Shown here: one piece after another, positions 39,771 through 50,974 of the stretch
Numbering within the stretch: position 1 is the first letter of the stretch
How the letters are laid out: each line of letters begins with the position of its first letter
Assembly: GCA_038901875.1 (NCBI GenBank)
Contig: JBCKPE010000001.1
Coordinates: 17,199 to 81,198 of the forward strand
Direction of reading: 5' to 3'
DNA length: 64,000 nucleotides
Source of the DNA: Burkholderiaceae bacterium
Lineage (GTDB): Bacteria; Pseudomonadota; Gammaproteobacteria; Burkholderiales; Burkholderiaceae_C
Program-made: the position numbers and the translations under genes
Notes under the pieces: generated by a model
What the model was told of the DNA's origin: nothing
Seen by the model: the letters and a program-made list of their open reading frames with translations, nothing else
The model's database searches: none

Positions 39771-40529
39771 TCACGCAGGATTGTCAATATCGACGAACTC
39801 ATGCGCGAGGCCCAGAGATGAAGCAACATGGGCGGCCACCGCTGCCGCACCAAAGCGCTCCGTCGCATGATGGCCACAGGCAAGATAAGCCACACCACTC
39901 TCCCTTGCGTAGTGGGCTTGCGGCTCAGAAATCTCACCCGTAAGAAAGGCGTCGGCGCCGGCAGTGATGGCCGCTTCAAAATACGACTGCGCGCCGCCCG
40001 TGCACCAGGCGATGCGACGAATCGGCCGCAAGCCGTCTCCAACCAGCAGGGCCGATCGCCCCAATACCGTTTCGACATGGGTCCGAAAAGCAGCGGGATT
40101 CTCAAATTCACCGCCATCAACGCGAACACCGAGGAATCCAAGTTCCTGCTCGCCAAAGCGATGCGTCGGCTGCAATCCCAGGCGCAGCCCGAGCTGGGCG
40201 TTGTTACCAAGCTCGGCATGAGCGTCCAGCGGAAGATGGTAGGCAAACAGGTTGATGTCATGTCGGAGCAGCAGGGCCAGGCGCCGCTTCATCCATCCGG
40301 TAACCCGCCCGTCCTGGCCACGCCAGAAAAGTCCATGATGCACAAGGATGGCATCGGCATGTCGCGCGATGGCCGACTCGATCAGCCGCTGTGAAGCGGT
40401 CACGCCCGAAACGATGCTTGCAACTTCTGCCCGCCCTTCAACTTGAAGTCCGTTCGGCGCCACATCCCGAAACCGCTCGGGTTGCAGCAGCTCGTCGAGA
40501 GCCTGAAGAAGTTGTTGACGGAGCACCAT
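39771..40529 (-). CDS. Nif3-like dinuclear metal center protein (YbgI family)
   Basis: 252 aa. APNGLQVEG...ILVHHGLFW...AYHLPLDAH and C-terminal CGHHATERFG are typical of the Nif3/YbgI family. Confidence 0.85.
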   Translation of the reverse strand: MVLRQQLLQALDELLQPERFRDVAPNGLQVEGRAEVASIVSGVTASQRLIESAIARHADAILVHHGLFWRGQDGRVTGWMKRRLALLLRHDINLFAYHLPLDAHAELGNNAQLGLRLGLQPTHRFGEQELGFLGVRVDGGEFENPAAFRTHVETVLGRSALLVGDGLRPIRRIAWCTGGAQSYFEAAITAGADAFLTGEISEPQAHYARESGVAYLACGHHATERFGAAAVAAHVASSLGLAHEFVDIDNPA

Positions 40530-40736
40530 CGCCGGTTCGGATTGATATCAAGTGAATGAGCGCACATTGTGGACGAAATGCAACCCTGCGTAGCGCTCGC
40601 TGACGCAAGTCCAGGGAAACCTGACTCCGGCATGCCAAACCGTCGTGTCGAAGGCGCGAGGCGGTCCGTTGAAAACTACAATCACCCTGCTCCGGGCATT
40701 GTCGGTCCGGCGCCGGCATCCGTCCCAAGCCACGTC

Positions 40737-41888
40737 ATGAAGCAACTTTGGTTATTGTTCTCACAAGTCGTCACGGTACTTCTCGCAACGTACTTCGTGC
40801 TGATGACGCTCAAGCCCGAGTGGTCTGGCAAGGTGCAGCAGGCGATGCCTGGGACGATGGCGCTGGCTCCCGAGGGAGCGGCGGCAATCGGCAGTTTCCG
40901 CCTGGCGGCGGCCAAGGCCTCCGCCGCCGTCGTGAGCATCAACACCAGCAAGGTTGCATCCAGCAACCCGCAGACTTCAGACCCCTGGTTCCGCTTTTTC
41001 TTTGGGGATCAGGAGAATCAGACCCGTACTGGATTGGGTAGCGGCGTGGTGGTCAGCCAACAAGGGCATGTCCTGACCAACAATCATGTGATAGCCGGTG
41101 CGGACGAAATTGAAGTCACGCTCAACGATCGGCGGCAGGCGCGCGCCAAGGTGGTCGGAACCGACCCAGACACCGATCTGGCGGTGCTCAAGATTGATCT
41201 TGACCGGCTTCCCGTGATCACAATCGGAAACTCTGAGGCGCTGCAGGTCGGGGATCAGGTTCTCGCGATAGGCAACCCGTTCGGCGTCGGGCAGACGGTG
41301 ACCAGCGGGATCGTCAGCGCGCTGGGGCGCAACCAGCTTCAAATCAACACTTTCGAGGACTTCATTCAAACCGACGCGGCGATCAATCCGGGGAATTCTG
41401 GCGGCGCCCTGGTTGATATCCACGGCAACCTGCTGGGCATCAATACCGCCATTTACTCGCAATCGGGCGGAAGCCTCGGCATCGGTTTTGCTATTCCGGT
41501 ATCAACGGCCAAGATGGTGTTGGACGCCATTGTCAAGAACGGTCAGGTCACCCGTGGCTGGATCGGGGTCGAACCGCGAGACCTGTCGCCGGAGTTGGCC
41601 CAGACTTTTGGCATCAAGCCGCCCAAGGGAAACAGCAACGAGTCGCAGGGTGTCATCGTCACTGGCGTACTTCGGGGCGGCCCGGCAGCCCTTGCCGGTT
41701 TGCAGCCTGGCGACGTCATTCAAAGGGTTGCCGGCAAGCCCGTCGCCAACGTCAGCCAGCTCCTTGCTTCGGTTGCTGCCCTGCGTCCGGGCGATCCGGT
41801 CAACGTCGACCTGATCCGCCAGACCGCGCAGATGGTTGTGATCGTTACCCCGGGAACCAGGCCCCGGCCAGGTGCCGCGGCACGTTGA
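40737..41888 (+). CDS. DegS/AlgW-like membrane-anchored HtrA-family serine endoprotease (one PDZ domain)
   Basis: Start at ATG 40737 with N-terminal TM anchor MKQLWLLFSQVVTVLLATYFVLM. Catalytic triad contexts TNNHV, DLAVLKI and GNSGGALV. Single PDZ domain (GVIVTGVLRGGPAALAGLQPGDVI). Confidence 0.88.
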   Translation: MKQLWLLFSQVVTVLLATYFVLMTLKPEWSGKVQQAMPGTMALAPEGAAAIGSFRLAAAKASAAVVSINTSKVASSNPQTSDPWFRFFFGDQENQTRTGLGSGVVVSQQGHVLTNNHVIAGADEIEVTLNDRRQARAKVVGTDPDTDLAVLKIDLDRLPVITIGNSEALQVGDQVLAIGNPFGVGQTVTSGIVSALGRNQLQINTFEDFIQTDAAINPGNSGGALVDIHGNLLGINTAIYSQSGGSLGIGFAIPVSTAKMVLDAIVKNGQVTRGWIGVEPRDLSPELAQTFGIKPPKGNSNESQGVIVTGVLRGGPAALAGLQPGDVIQRVAGKPVANVSQLLASVAALRPGDPVNVDLIRQTAQMVVIVTPGTRPRPGAAAR

Positions 41889-41924
41889 GGTTCAGACCCA
41901 GAACGTCGGTGATCCCGGCCGGAA

Positions 41925-42722
41925 TCATAGGGTTTGCTCTTTCTCGCCGGCGCTCTCTCCCGGCGCTGGCTTCCCGACCAGCAATTGAGCCGCCCAGATG
42001 CCAACTTCATAGAGCAGGCACATGGGAATGGCAAGAGCGAGTTGAGACACGACGTCGGGCGGTGTCACGATGGCCGCGATGATGAAGGCAAGCACGATGA
42101 AATAACTTCTGAACGCCTTGAGCTTGTCGATGCTGACGACACCCATCTTGGCAAGCACAACGACGACTATGGGCACCTCAAAAGCGAGGCCAAACGCGAG
42201 GAACATGGTCAAGACGAAGCTCAGGTAGGCTTCAATGTCAGGCGTGGCGGTGATGCTCTTGGGGGCGAAACTTTGGATGAAACTGAACACCTGTCCAAAA
42301 ACGAAAAAATAGCAGAACGCGATGCCGACAAGGAATAGGATCGTGCTTGAAATGACCAGTGGGAGAACCAGCGTTTTCTCCTTGGAGTAAAGGCCCGGCG
42401 CGATGAAGGCCCAAGCCTGCCAGAGCACGACCGGAAGCGCAAAAAGGAACGCCGTCATCAACAGCACTTTCAGGGGCACCATGAAGGGCGAAATCACAGA
42501 GGTCGCAATCAGCTTTGAGCCCGCAGGCAGATGTGCCACCAGCGGGGCCGCAAGGATATCGTAGAGTGCAGCCGGGCCAGGAAACAGCGCTAGGACGGCG
42601 GTCGCCACAAATACTGCCAAAGCCGCGCGAATCAGCCGGTCCCGCAATTCAACGAGATGTTGAACAAACGGCTGCTCGGTGCCGGCCAGCTCGTCTTCCT
42701 TGTCTGCCGGTGGCTCAGACAT
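41925..42722 (-). CDS. tatC: Twin-arginine translocase subunit TatC
   Basis: 265 aa from ATG 42722, with QPFVQHLVELRDRLIRAALAV and 6 TM segments. The upstream part of the 354-aa track ORF overlaps tatB and is rejected. Confidence 0.94.
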   Translation of the reverse strand: MSEPPADKEDELAGTEQPFVQHLVELRDRLIRAALAVFVATAVLALFPGPAALYDILAAPLVAHLPAGSKLIATSVISPFMVPLKVLLMTAFLFALPVVLWQAWAFIAPGLYSKEKTLVLPLVISSTILFLVGIAFCYFFVFGQVFSFIQSFAPKSITATPDIEAYLSFVLTMFLAFGLAFEVPIVVVVLAKMGVVSIDKLKAFRSYFIVLAFIIAAIVTPPDVVSQLALAIPMCLLYEVGIWAAQLLVGKPAPGESAGEKEQTL

Positions 42723-42775
42723 GGCGAACTTGAAGGGTAATCTGTCCCACGGTGGTGATAGCAAGAAAGATGATG

Positions 42776-43249
42776 CTAGGCCCGCAGTTGAGGCCGCGGC
42801 CGATGCCTGGCGACCCGCGCCGCGCCCGACGCAGCCTTGGTCCGCACGCCACTTCGAGCCTTGAACCAATTGGGCACGGCCGCCTGCCTCAGGCGCCATT
42901 TTTTTCTTGGGTGCTTGTATTCCGGGTAGGTGATCAGAGGTTCGTTGCTCAGGGCCGGCGACAACGCGTCGCTGGTCGCTTCTTCCCACTGCTTTTCGAA
43001 GCTGGCGGTACCGGTCTGAACTGAAGTCTGGACATCGCGTGCCGCGTTTTCCATCTCGTCCTTCATCTTCTTGAGATCTTCAAGTTCAATCGATCGATTC
43101 ACTTCGGCCTTGACATCCGCCACATAACGCTGCGCCTTGCCCAGCATGGTGCCAACCATGCGCGCAACACGGGGCAACTTTTCGGGCCCAATGACGATTA
43201 ACGCAATGGCGCCGATCAATGCCAATTTCGATATGCCAAGGTCGATCAT
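42776..43249 (-). CDS. tatB: Twin-arginine translocase subunit TatB
   Basis: [30 protein letters not shown] followed by an amphipathic helix. 157 aa. Confidence 0.93.
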   Translation of the reverse strand: MIDLGISKLALIGAIALIVIGPEKLPRVARMVGTMLGKAQRYVADVKAEVNRSIELEDLKKMKDEMENAARDVQTSVQTGTASFEKQWEEATSDALSPALSNEPLITYPEYKHPRKKWRLRQAAVPNWFKARSGVRTKAASGAARVARHRPRPQLRA

Positions 43250-43273
43250 GAAGGATTCAACCTGTGTCGAATT

Positions 43274-43323
43274 CTCGCCCGCTCCGAGACTGGCCCTGTT
43301 CCGGACAGATCAACGCGGGCGAG
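43274..43323 (-). promoter_or_regulatory. Intercistronic stem-loop between tatA and tatB
   Basis: CTCGCCCGC (43274-43282) pairs perfectly with GCGGGCGAG (43315-43323), a 9-bp stem enclosing a 32-nt loop with a further small hairpin (CTGT..ACAG). Confidence 0.35.
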
Positions 43324-43328
43324 CTCGT

Positions 43329-43577
43329 TCACGTCTTTGGCTTGGCCTCAACGTCGATCGTGGTCTTGTCAGCGGTCAGCGGTGGGTTGGCATGGCCGAC
43401 TTGCGCAACCGCAGCGGCCTTTTCCTCCGCCGATGCCCCGCCTTCCTTGATGCCGTCCTTGAATCCCTTGACGGCTCCGCCCAAATCAGCACCAATATTC
43501 TTCAGCTTCTTGGTACCAAAGATCAAGACAATGATCAACAGCACAATCAACCAGTGCCAAATGGAAAATGTTCCCAT
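43329..43577 (-). CDS. tatA: Twin-arginine translocase subunit TatA
   Basis: 82 aa, [40 protein letters not shown]. Confidence 0.95.
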   Translation of the reverse strand: MGTFSIWHWLIVLLIIVLIFGTKKLKNIGADLGGAVKGFKDGIKEGGASAEEKAAAVAQVGHANPPLTADKTTIDVEAKPKT

Positions 43578-43651
43578 CAGTTTCTCCTAACGATTTGCCG
43601 CAATTTTAGTTGCATCGGTGCCAAGCGGGGGTTCGCGAGGGGACCAATCAC

Positions 43652-44014
43652 CTAGCCACGAAGCCAGGGACGGGGTCCTCCCATCACATGCAGGTGCAAA
43701 TGGCGGACTTCCTGGCCACCCTGGACGCCGGAATTGCACAGGACGCGGAAACCGCCTTCCGGGTAAGGCTCGCAGCCCTGCTCGGAAGCCAGCTTGGGAA
43801 TCAAGGTCATCATCCTTCCCATCAAACCTGCGTGAGCCGGCTCGATTTGGGCCAGCGAGGGAATGTGGGCCTTCGGAATGACGAGGAAATGGACCGGGGC
43901 CCAGGGGTGGATGTCATGAAACGCGAACAGTTCGTCATCCTCAAAGACCTTGCGCGACAAAATCTGTCCGGCAACGATCTTGCAGAAAATGCAACTTGAA
44001 TCGGTAGCCGTCAT
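43652..44014 (-). CDS. Histidine triad (HIT) nucleotide-binding protein
   Basis: 120 aa from ATG 44014. CIFCKIVAGQ and the HIT motif HLHLHVMGG. Confidence 0.9.
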   Translation of the reverse strand: MTATDSSCIFCKIVAGQILSRKVFEDDELFAFHDIHPWAPVHFLVIPKAHIPSLAQIEPAHAGLMGRMMTLIPKLASEQGCEPYPEGGFRVLCNSGVQGGQEVRHLHLHVMGGPRPWLRG

Positions 44015-44096
44015 CGTGTATGACGGGTGCAGAGCAGGCGCATGACCTTGCGCGGGTTCGCTGCCCCGGTTGCCCCTTTGCTCGTGTTCAAAACGT

Positions 44097-44471
44097 TCAT
44101 TGCGCTGCTCCGCCGTGGCCACCAGCCTTGCGCAAGGCTTGTTCATCCAGGCCACTGGTCCCTGCCCTCCGTTCGAGTTCAGCAATCACGTCCGTCGGGC
44201 GCAGGTCGAAATACGCCAGCGCAATCATCGAGTGAAACCAGAGATCGGCCATTTCGTCAACCAGACGCTGCCGCCCTGACCCGTGCTCCGCGTCCTTGGC
44301 CGCCATCACGACTTCGGTCGCCTCCTCGCCAATTTTCTTCAGAATCGCGTCCGGTCCACGAGCCAACAAATCTGCAACGTAACTGGTCTGGGGATTTCCG
44401 CCGCAGGCCGGCTTCCGACTCTCGATCACGGAGGCGAGCCGGGCCAAAGCGTCGACACCGTCCGGAGGCAT
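44097..44471 (-). CDS. hisE: Phosphoribosyl-ATP diphosphatase
   Basis: 124 aa, [31 protein letters not shown]. Last gene of the his operon. Confidence 0.93.
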   Translation of the reverse strand: MPPDGVDALARLASVIESRKPACGGNPQTSYVADLLARGPDAILKKIGEEATEVVMAAKDAEHGSGRQRLVDEMADLWFHSMIALAYFDLRPTDVIAELERRAGTSGLDEQALRKAGGHGGAAQ

Positions 44472-44929
44472 CAGGCATCCTTGGCAAAATTCGCCGGGTC
44501 TTTCAGCACCGGCTCGGTAGTCACCCAGCGACCCGCCTGCAGCAAGTCAAAGAAGCAACTGTGGCGCCCCGTGTGGCATGCAATTCCCGGCTCGTGCCCC
44601 GATTGTGTCACCTTGATCAGGATGGCGTCCTGATCGCAATCCAGGCGCAATTCATGCACTTTCTGCACATGACCCGAGGTCTCTCCCTTGCGCCAAAGCC
44701 GCCCTCGGGAACGGCTAAAGTACACCGCCTCGCCAAGCGCGACGGTAAGTCTCAGGGCCTCCCGATTCATCCAGGCAAGCATCAACACATCGTTGCTGCG
44801 CGCCTCCTGGGCCACAACAGGAACAAGGCCCATTGCGTCCCATTTCACCTGATCGAGCCAATCCATCGAGGCATTGTCCCCGATTTTCCACCCGGCATCG
44901 AAGGGGCCATTGGCTGGCCATCGCACCAC
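44471..44929 (-). CDS. hisI: Phosphoribosyl-AMP cyclohydrolase
   Basis: [19 protein letters not shown] and [10 protein letters not shown]. The start is either GTG 44929 or ATG 44866 (MDWLDQVKW). Confidence 0.92.
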   Translation of the reverse strand: MVRWPANGPFDAGWKIGDNASMDWLDQVKWDAMGLVPVVAQEARSNDVLMLAWMNREALRLTVALGEAVYFSRSRGRLWRKGETSGHVQKVHELRLDCDQDAILIKVTQSGHEPGIACHTGRHSCFFDLLQAGRWVTTEPVLKDPANFAKDA

Positions 44930-44948
44930 CTGGCACTGGCTCGATCAG

Positions 44949-45761
44949 TCACTGCGCGGCTTCAGTCAGCTGTCGTTCCGGCTCGATTCGCACCGGGATT
45001 CCGCGCTTTGCCAGGTGCGCCTTGGCCTGGGCGATGCTGTACTCGCCATAGTGGAAGATGCTGGCGGCAAGCACGGCATCAGCACCGCCGAGCTGGATTC
45101 CGTCCGCCAGATCATCCAGGCTCCCCACCCCACCGGAAGCAATGACCGGAATCCCGACTCGGTCACTCACAGCGCGGGTCAGCTCAAGATCGAATCCTGA
45201 GCGGGTTCCGTCCCGGTCCATGCTGGTAAGCAAAATCTCTCCGGCGCCGCGCGACGCCATGTCCTGCGCCCATAGTACGGCGTCGATCCCGGTGTTGCGT
45301 CGGCCACCGTGCGAATAGACGTCCCATCCCGGCCCCCGCTGACTGAGGTCGGCACCGGTTCTGCGTTTCGCGTCAATGGCAACCACGATGCATTGCGCTC
45401 CATACCTTGTCGAGGCCGCAGCAATGACTTCAGGATTCGCGATCGCCGCAGAGTTGAAGCTGACCTTGTCCGCGCCGGCGTTGAGCAGTCGCCGCACATC
45501 GGCCACTGTTCTTACGCCGCCCCCCACCGTCAACGGAATAAAGACACGCGCGGCCACCGCCTCAATGATGGGCAGGATCAGGTCGCGTCCGTCGCTGCTG
45601 GCTGTGATGTCGAGCAAGGCGATTTCGTCAGCACCCTGCTCGTTGTAACGCGCGGCAATTTCGATCGGATCGCCGGCATCGCGCAGTTCAAGGAACTTGA
45701 CTCCCTTGACGACCCGGCCCGAAGTCACATCAAGGCAGGGAATGATTCGCTTGGCCAGCAT
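44949..45761 (-). CDS. hisF: Imidazole glycerol phosphate synthase cyclase subunit
   Basis: [23 protein letters not shown]. 270 aa. Confidence 0.96.
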   Translation of the reverse strand: MLAKRIIPCLDVTSGRVVKGVKFLELRDAGDPIEIAARYNEQGADEIALLDITASSDGRDLILPIIEAVAARVFIPLTVGGGVRTVADVRRLLNAGADKVSFNSAAIANPEVIAAASTRYGAQCIVVAIDAKRRTGADLSQRGPGWDVYSHGGRRNTGIDAVLWAQDMASRGAGEILLTSMDRDGTRSGFDLELTRAVSDRVGIPVIASGGVGSLDDLADGIQLGGADAVLAASIFHYGEYSIAQAKAHLAKRGIPVRIEPERQLTEAAQ

Positions 45762-45785
45762 GAAATTGAAGCCGGCGCCGGCCGC

Positions 45786-46526
45786 TCAGCCGCGCAGGGC
45801 GTCGGCACGCGCCTGCGCAGCCTGAAAATCAAGGGCTCCCGAATAGATCGAGCGGCCGCAAATGACGCCCTCGATGCCTTCATCGGCGGCAGCACAAAGA
45901 CTTTCAATGTCAGCCATCCCGCTGAGACCGCCCGAGGCGATCACCGGAATGTTGATGGACTGGGCGAGCCGGACGGTGGCATCAATGTTGATCCCGCTGA
46001 GCATGCCGTCCCTGCCAATATCGGTGTAGATGATGGCCTCGACACCGTAGTCTTCAAATTTTCGCGCCAGGTCAACGACTTCATGACCGGTCAATTTGCT
46101 CCATCCGTCGGTCGCAACCTTGCCATCCCGTGCGTCAAGCCCGACGATGATATGGCCACCGAACGCACTGCAAGCGTCTTTCAGAAAGCCCGGATTCTTG
46201 ACCGCTGCTGTTCCCAGAACGACGTAGCGCAAGCCGCCATCGATGTATTTTTCAATCGTGTCCAAATCCCGGATGCCACCCCCGAGTTGGACCGGTATGT
46301 CATCGCCTACGGCCTTAAGAATGGCACGAATCGCCAGGTGGTTCTGGGGTTTTCCGGCAAAGGCACCGTTCAGATCCACCAGGTGCAAGCGCCTGGCGCC
46401 CAGCCGCAGCCACTCGCGGGCGACGCCAACTGGGTCGTCGGCAAACGTGGTGGACTGAGCCATGTCGCCCTGCTTGAGCCGGACGCACTGGCCGTCCTTC
46501 AAATCAATCGCCGGGATTAACAGCAT
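45786..46526 (-). CDS. hisA: ProFAR isomerase (1-(5-phosphoribosyl)-5-[(5-phosphoribosylamino)methylideneamino]imidazole-4-carboxamide isomerase)
   Basis: Start at ATG 46526 gives [22 protein letters not shown]; the track ORF starts 8 codons earlier. Confidence 0.95.
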   Translation of the reverse strand: MLLIPAIDLKDGQCVRLKQGDMAQSTTFADDPVGVAREWLRLGARRLHLVDLNGAFAGKPQNHLAIRAILKAVGDDIPVQLGGGIRDLDTIEKYIDGGLRYVVLGTAAVKNPGFLKDACSAFGGHIIVGLDARDGKVATDGWSKLTGHEVVDLARKFEDYGVEAIIYTDIGRDGMLSGINIDATVRLAQSINIPVIASGGLSGMADIESLCAAADEGIEGVICGRSIYSGALDFQAAQARADALRG

Positions 46527-46569
46527 CTTGTGCAGGGAGCGGCCACTCAACGCTCAACCAGGAATTCGT

Positions 46570-47223
46570 TCAAGGCGCCCAGGAAAGAAAGTTACGATAA
46601 AGAGCCAGCCCGTTGTCAGCACTTTTCTCGGGATGAAACTGCGTGGCGAAAATATTATCGCGCGCGATGGCCGAGGTGAAGCGAGAGCCGTAGTCGGACT
46701 CCCCCGCACTGTGGTGCACATCAGACGGTTGAACATAGTAGCTGTGCACAAAGTAAAAGTGGCAGCCGTCTGCAATCCCTTTCCAGACCGGGTGTTTGCG
46801 GGTCTGCCAAACGCGATTCCAACCCATTTGCGGGACCTTGTAGCGGCTGCCATCGGGCTGAAGCTGACCTGTCAAGTCAAACTTCAGGACCTGCCCTGGA
46901 ATGAGACCAAGACCCGCTACGCTCCCCTCGGCACTGTGATCAAGCAGCATTTGCATGCCGATGCAGACTCCGAACATCGGCTTGCTTGCGGCCGCTTCCA
47001 GGACCGCCTGCCGCAGCCCGGAGACTCGGAGCTCACGCATGCAGTCTGGCATCGCCCCCTGCCCCGGCAGCACCACCCGATCGGCATCCATGACGACCTC
47101 CGCTCGACCCGTCACCATGACCTCCCAGGACGTACCTTCAGACGCTGCGCAGATCGCCTGCGAAACCGAGCGCAGGTTTCCCATGCCGTAGTCGACCACC
47201 GCGACCAGTTTCTTGCGACTCAC
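46570..47223 (-). CDS. hisH: Imidazole glycerol phosphate synthase glutamine amidotransferase subunit
   Basis: [14 protein letters not shown], catalytic Cys in [10 protein letters not shown], and C-terminal TQFHPEKS. Confidence 0.96.
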   Translation of the reverse strand: MSRKKLVAVVDYGMGNLRSVSQAICAASEGTSWEVMVTGRAEVVMDADRVVLPGQGAMPDCMRELRVSGLRQAVLEAAASKPMFGVCIGMQMLLDHSAEGSVAGLGLIPGQVLKFDLTGQLQPDGSRYKVPQMGWNRVWQTRKHPVWKGIADGCHFYFVHSYYVQPSDVHHSAGESDYGSRFTSAIARDNIFATQFHPEKSADNGLALYRNFLSWAP

Positions 47224-47259
47224 TTTAATTCAAGCCAGGGATGGCGCGGCGTGTTCCAT

Positions 47260-47865
47260 CTAGAGCGAACCCTTGGTGGACGGTATCGTCGCACCGGTCC
47301 TCGGATCCAGTTCGAGCGCCTGCCGCAGTGCTCTTGCGAACGCCTTGAAAACCGTTTCTGCCTGATGATGAGCATTCTCACCTCGAAGGTTGTCAATATG
47401 CAGCGTCACCATGGCGTGATTGGCAAAACCTTGAAAAAATTCGTGGGCGAGCTGACTGTCAAAGCCTCCAATCATTCCGCCTTTGAATGGAACGTTCATC
47501 GTCAAGCCCGGCCGCCCGGAAAAGTCAATAACGACCCGGCTCAGAGCCTCGTCCAGTGGAACGTAGGCATGGCCAAAGCGGCGGATCCCCCTCTTGTCGC
47601 CGAGCGCCTTCAGCACCGCCTGACCGAGCGTGATGCCAACGTCCTCCACGGTATGGTGCCCGTCAATATGCAGGTCGCCATCAGCTTCCACCTCAAGGTC
47701 GATCAGTCCATGCCGCGCAACCTGATCGAGCATGTGGTCGAAAAAACCGATCCCGGTCCGCAGCCGGGCTGTACCAGTGCCGTCCAGGTTGACTCGGACC
47801 AGGATTCGCGTTTCGGCGGTCTTGCGCTCCACCTCAGCAACGCGGGGGGGCAGGGCCGAAGTCAC
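47260..47865 (-). CDS. hisB: Imidazoleglycerol-phosphate dehydratase
   Basis: GTG at 47865 overlaps the hisC TGA stop (GTGA). [24 protein letters not shown] and [15 protein letters not shown]. 201 aa. The longer track ORF overlaps hisC. Confidence 0.93.
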   Translation of the reverse strand: MTSALPPRVAEVERKTAETRILVRVNLDGTGTARLRTGIGFFDHMLDQVARHGLIDLEVEADGDLHIDGHHTVEDVGITLGQAVLKALGDKRGIRRFGHAYVPLDEALSRVVIDFSGRPGLTMNVPFKGGMIGGFDSQLAHEFFQGFANHAMVTLHIDNLRGENAHHQAETVFKAFARALRQALELDPRTGATIPSTKGSL

Positions 47866-48950
47866 AGAGAATCCCTCATCGCCTGCAGCAACTGATCGTT
47901 CTCGGCGGGTGTTCCCACCGTCAGGCGCAGGCAATCGGTCAACAAGGGATGCATCATGGAAACATTCTTGACCAGCACGCCGCGCCGCATCAATTGATCG
48001 AACATCGCGTTTGCGTCCGGCACACGAACCAGCACCATGTTGGCTTCGCTCGGGAATACCTGCACCCCGGCCACGGAATACAGGAGTCGGGAGAGGCGTT
48101 CCCGCTCCAGACAAATGTCGCGTGCTTGACGTTCATAGACCTGCCTGTGCTCCAAAGCGAACAAGCCACATTCTGCATTCAATACACTGATGTTGTAAGG
48201 TGGACGCAGCTTGTCGATTTGCCGGATCAGGGCTTCGGGCCCAAACATGTAGCCAATCCGCGCCCCCGCGAGGCCAAACTTGGACAGGGTGCGCAACAAC
48301 AGCACGTTTTGGTTATCTTGCTGATGCACGCGTATTTCGTCCAACCAACTTCGGCTGGCAAACGGTTGGTAGGCCTCATCCAGCACCACCAGGCCTGGCG
48401 CCACTGCAATGATGCTGCGCATCACTTCGACGTCCCACAGATTCGCGGTCGGATTGTTCGGGTAAGCCAGAAAGACGATGGCAGGAGACACGACCCGAAT
48501 CGCCTCCAGCATGGCCGGCGCATCGAGTTCAAACGTCGCCGTGAGCGGAACGCCTTTGAAACCCAGCCCCTGCTGCCGGGCACTGATGCCGTACATCACA
48601 AAGCCGGGTTCAGGCGCAACGATGGTTGCGCCCGGTTTATCGCAGGCCATCGCCAGCAGGGCGATCAGTTCGCCGGATCCGTTGCCCAACATGATGTCGT
48701 AGCCCGGGGGAAGATTGACATAGCGGGCAAGGGCCCGGTGCAATTCCTGCACCTGCAGTGCCGGATAGCGGTTGATCGGCAGGGCAGCCAGACGCCGCCC
48801 AAGCTCCTGCTGCAGTTCCTGCTCCAAGCGGTACGGATTCTCCATCGCATCGAGCTTGACCATGCCCCGTGCGGGCTGAACCGCATAGGCATGGCCCGAC
48901 TGGATGTCCTGGCGAATGAAACGCTCGATCAGGTTTGCGACTGACTTCAT
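47862..48950 (-). CDS. hisC: Histidinol-phosphate aminotransferase
   Basis: 362 aa class II aminotransferase with PLP-lysine context [16 protein letters not shown]. Confidence 0.94.
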   Translation of the reverse strand: MKSVANLIERFIRQDIQSGHAYAVQPARGMVKLDAMENPYRLEQELQQELGRRLAALPINRYPALQVQELHRALARYVNLPPGYDIMLGNGSGELIALLAMACDKPGATIVAPEPGFVMYGISARQQGLGFKGVPLTATFELDAPAMLEAIRVVSPAIVFLAYPNNPTANLWDVEVMRSIIAVAPGLVVLDEAYQPFASRSWLDEIRVHQQDNQNVLLLRTLSKFGLAGARIGYMFGPEALIRQIDKLRPPYNISVLNAECGLFALEHRQVYERQARDICLERERLSRLLYSVAGVQVFPSEANMVLVRVPDANAMFDQLMRRGVLVKNVSMMHPLLTDCLRLTVGTPAENDQLLQAMRDSL

Positions 48951-50290
48951 GGTGTCGACCCGGTGTCTGCGTCATCCCGCAGACGCATCCGAGCGGCGGC
49001 CGCATGGGCCGGCAAGCCCTCGCCCAGCGCAAGTTCCACCGCGATCGGACCCAATACCTGGGCTCCTTTCGCGCTGACCTCGATCAAGCTGGATCGCTTT
49101 TGGAAGTCGTAGACCCCCAGCGGAGAACTGAAACGGGCCGTGCCGCCGGTCGGCAACACATGGTTGGGCCCAGCACAGTAGTCACCCAGGCTTTCGCTGC
49201 TGAATGCGCCAAGAAAGATCGCACCGGCATGACTCAGCAAGGGTTCCCACCGGCCCGGGTCCAGACTGCAGACTTCGAGGTGCTCAGGGGCAATCCGATT
49301 GCTTAGAGTGCAGGCCTCCTCCATATTCCGGGTGCGGATGAGGGCGCCGCGATTGTTCAGCGATTTGGCGATGATCGCAGCCCTTGGCTGCGCGGGAAGC
49401 AATCGCTCGATGGTGGCTTGAATTTGGTCCAGGTAATCGGCGTCAGGGCAGAGAAGTATGCTTTGCGCCTGCTCGTCGTGCTCGGCCTGGCTGAACAGGT
49501 CCATGACTACCCAATCCGGTGCGGTGCTGCCGTCGGCCAACACCAGTATTTCACTTGGACCGGCAATCATGTCGATCCCCACCCGCCCAAACACCTGCCG
49601 CTTGGCCTCCGCCACGTAGTCGCGCCCTGGTCCGGCGATCTTGTCGACTCCGGGTATCGATTGCGTGCCCCAGGCGAGCGCCGCAATGGCCTGCGCCCCG
49701 CCGATGGTGAAGACGCGATCAACTCCGGCAAGATAGGCTGCGGCCAGCACCAGGGGGTTTCGCACACCGTCCGGCGTGGGGACAACCATCAGGACTTCTC
49801 CCACCCCCGCAACACGTGCGGGTATCACGTTCATCAGGACCGAGGACGGATAGGCCGCTTGACCTCCGGGGACGTAGACACCGACACGATCCAGTGCTGT
49901 CACCTTTTGGCCCAAACGATTCCCATCGCCATCGCGGTAGCTCCAGCTTGAGCCAATCGCTCGTTGCTGTTCTTCATGGAATCTGCGCACGCGAGCCGCT
50001 GCAGATTCGAGCGCATCGCGCTGCGCCAGCGTGAGCGACTGAAGCGCCCGCGCCAATTCGGAGCGCCCAATCTCCAATTCCTGCATCGATGACGCCTGCA
50101 GGCGATCCCAGCGCGCCGTGTAGTCCAGCACAGCCTGGTCACCTCGGAGCCGAACGTCTTCGAGGATTGCCGCCACCCTGCTGACGAGCGCCGGATCGGT
50201 CGGTGCAGCGCGCCGAAACTGCTCTCGAAAGTCGGACTCAAAACTCTCCGACAAGGTGTCAAGCCGCCGTGGTCGCGCAGCCAGCGTCAC
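48947..50290 (-). CDS. hisD: Histidinol dehydrogenase
   Basis: 447 aa with conserved [13 protein letters not shown] and [15 protein letters not shown]. 4-nt overlaps with hisC and hisG. Confidence 0.95.
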   Translation of the reverse strand: MTLAARPRRLDTLSESFESDFREQFRRAAPTDPALVSRVAAILEDVRLRGDQAVLDYTARWDRLQASSMQELEIGRSELARALQSLTLAQRDALESAAARVRRFHEEQQRAIGSSWSYRDGDGNRLGQKVTALDRVGVYVPGGQAAYPSSVLMNVIPARVAGVGEVLMVVPTPDGVRNPLVLAAAYLAGVDRVFTIGGAQAIAALAWGTQSIPGVDKIAGPGRDYVAEAKRQVFGRVGIDMIAGPSEILVLADGSTAPDWVVMDLFSQAEHDEQAQSILLCPDADYLDQIQATIERLLPAQPRAAIIAKSLNNRGALIRTRNMEEACTLSNRIAPEHLEVCSLDPGRWEPLLSHAGAIFLGAFSSESLGDYCAGPNHVLPTGGTARFSSPLGVYDFQKRSSLIEVSAKGAQVLGPIAVELALGEGLPAHAAAARMRLRDDADTGSTP

Positions 50291-50946
50291 GATCGCTCCA
50301 TGGGCGCAAGGGGCCCGACGGCCTGCGCCAGGGCGTCGATGATGGCCCGAATGGGTTGCTGCTTGAGCTTCAACGCCGCCTGGTTGACGATCAATCGGGC
50401 ACTCACGTCCATGATCTTCTCGACCTCCAGCAAGTGATTCGCCCGCAGCGTATGCCCGGTGGAAACCAGATCGACAATGGCATCGGCCAGACCGGTCAAG
50501 GGCGCCAACTCCATGCTGCCATAGAGCTTGATCAGGTCGACGTGGACGCCCTTCGCGGCAAAAAATTCCCGTGCAATCTCCACGTACTTGGTTGCGACTC
50601 GCAACCTGCTGCCCTGGCGTACGGCCGCCGCATAGTCAAAGCCCTCGCGCACTGCCACGCTGACTCGGCACTTCGCGATGCGCAAGTCCAGCGGTTGGTA
50701 CAGCCCGTCACGGTCCATCTCGAGCAGCGTATCGCGACCAACCACGCCCATGTCGGCACCACCATGTTGGACATAGGTCGGGACATCCGAAGCCCTGACA
50801 AGAATGACTCGAACTTCGGGATTCCTGGTGCTCAGAATCAGCCGGCGCGACGTCTCTGCATCATCCAGCACTTCGATGCCCGCCGCCTTCAGCAAGGGCT
50901 GCGCCTCGTCAAGGATGCGCCCCGTGGACAGGGCCAGGGTGATCAT
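50287..50946 (-). CDS. hisG: ATP phosphoribosyltransferase, short form (HisG-S)
   Basis: 219 aa from ATG 50946, [24 protein letters not shown]. It lacks the C-terminal regulatory domain of long HisG. Confidence 0.92.
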   Translation of the reverse strand: MITLALSTGRILDEAQPLLKAAGIEVLDDAETSRRLILSTRNPEVRVILVRASDVPTYVQHGGADMGVVGRDTLLEMDRDGLYQPLDLRIAKCRVSVAVREGFDYAAAVRQGSRLRVATKYVEIAREFFAAKGVHVDLIKLYGSMELAPLTGLADAIVDLVSTGHTLRANHLLEVEKIMDVSARLIVNQAALKLKQQPIRAIIDALAQAVGPLAPMERS

Positions 50947-50974
50947 GCCCTGTTCCAGCGAAACCGCGCAAGAG

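Noticed and set aside
44027-47895. Very long + strand ORFs antisense to the his operon: 44027..45145 (372 aa), 45309..46520 (403 aa) and 46462..47895 (477 aa). Similar cases are 47949..48944, 50804..52237 (antisense to murA), 30877..32337 (antisense to secA), 53387..54634 and 12231..13334.
   Set aside because: Each lies opposite a gene with unmistakable conserved motifs. Their translations are Arg/Pro/His/Gly-rich with no recognisable domains, which is the usual stop-codon-poor antisense frame of a roughly 60% GC genome. There are no independent start or SD signals.
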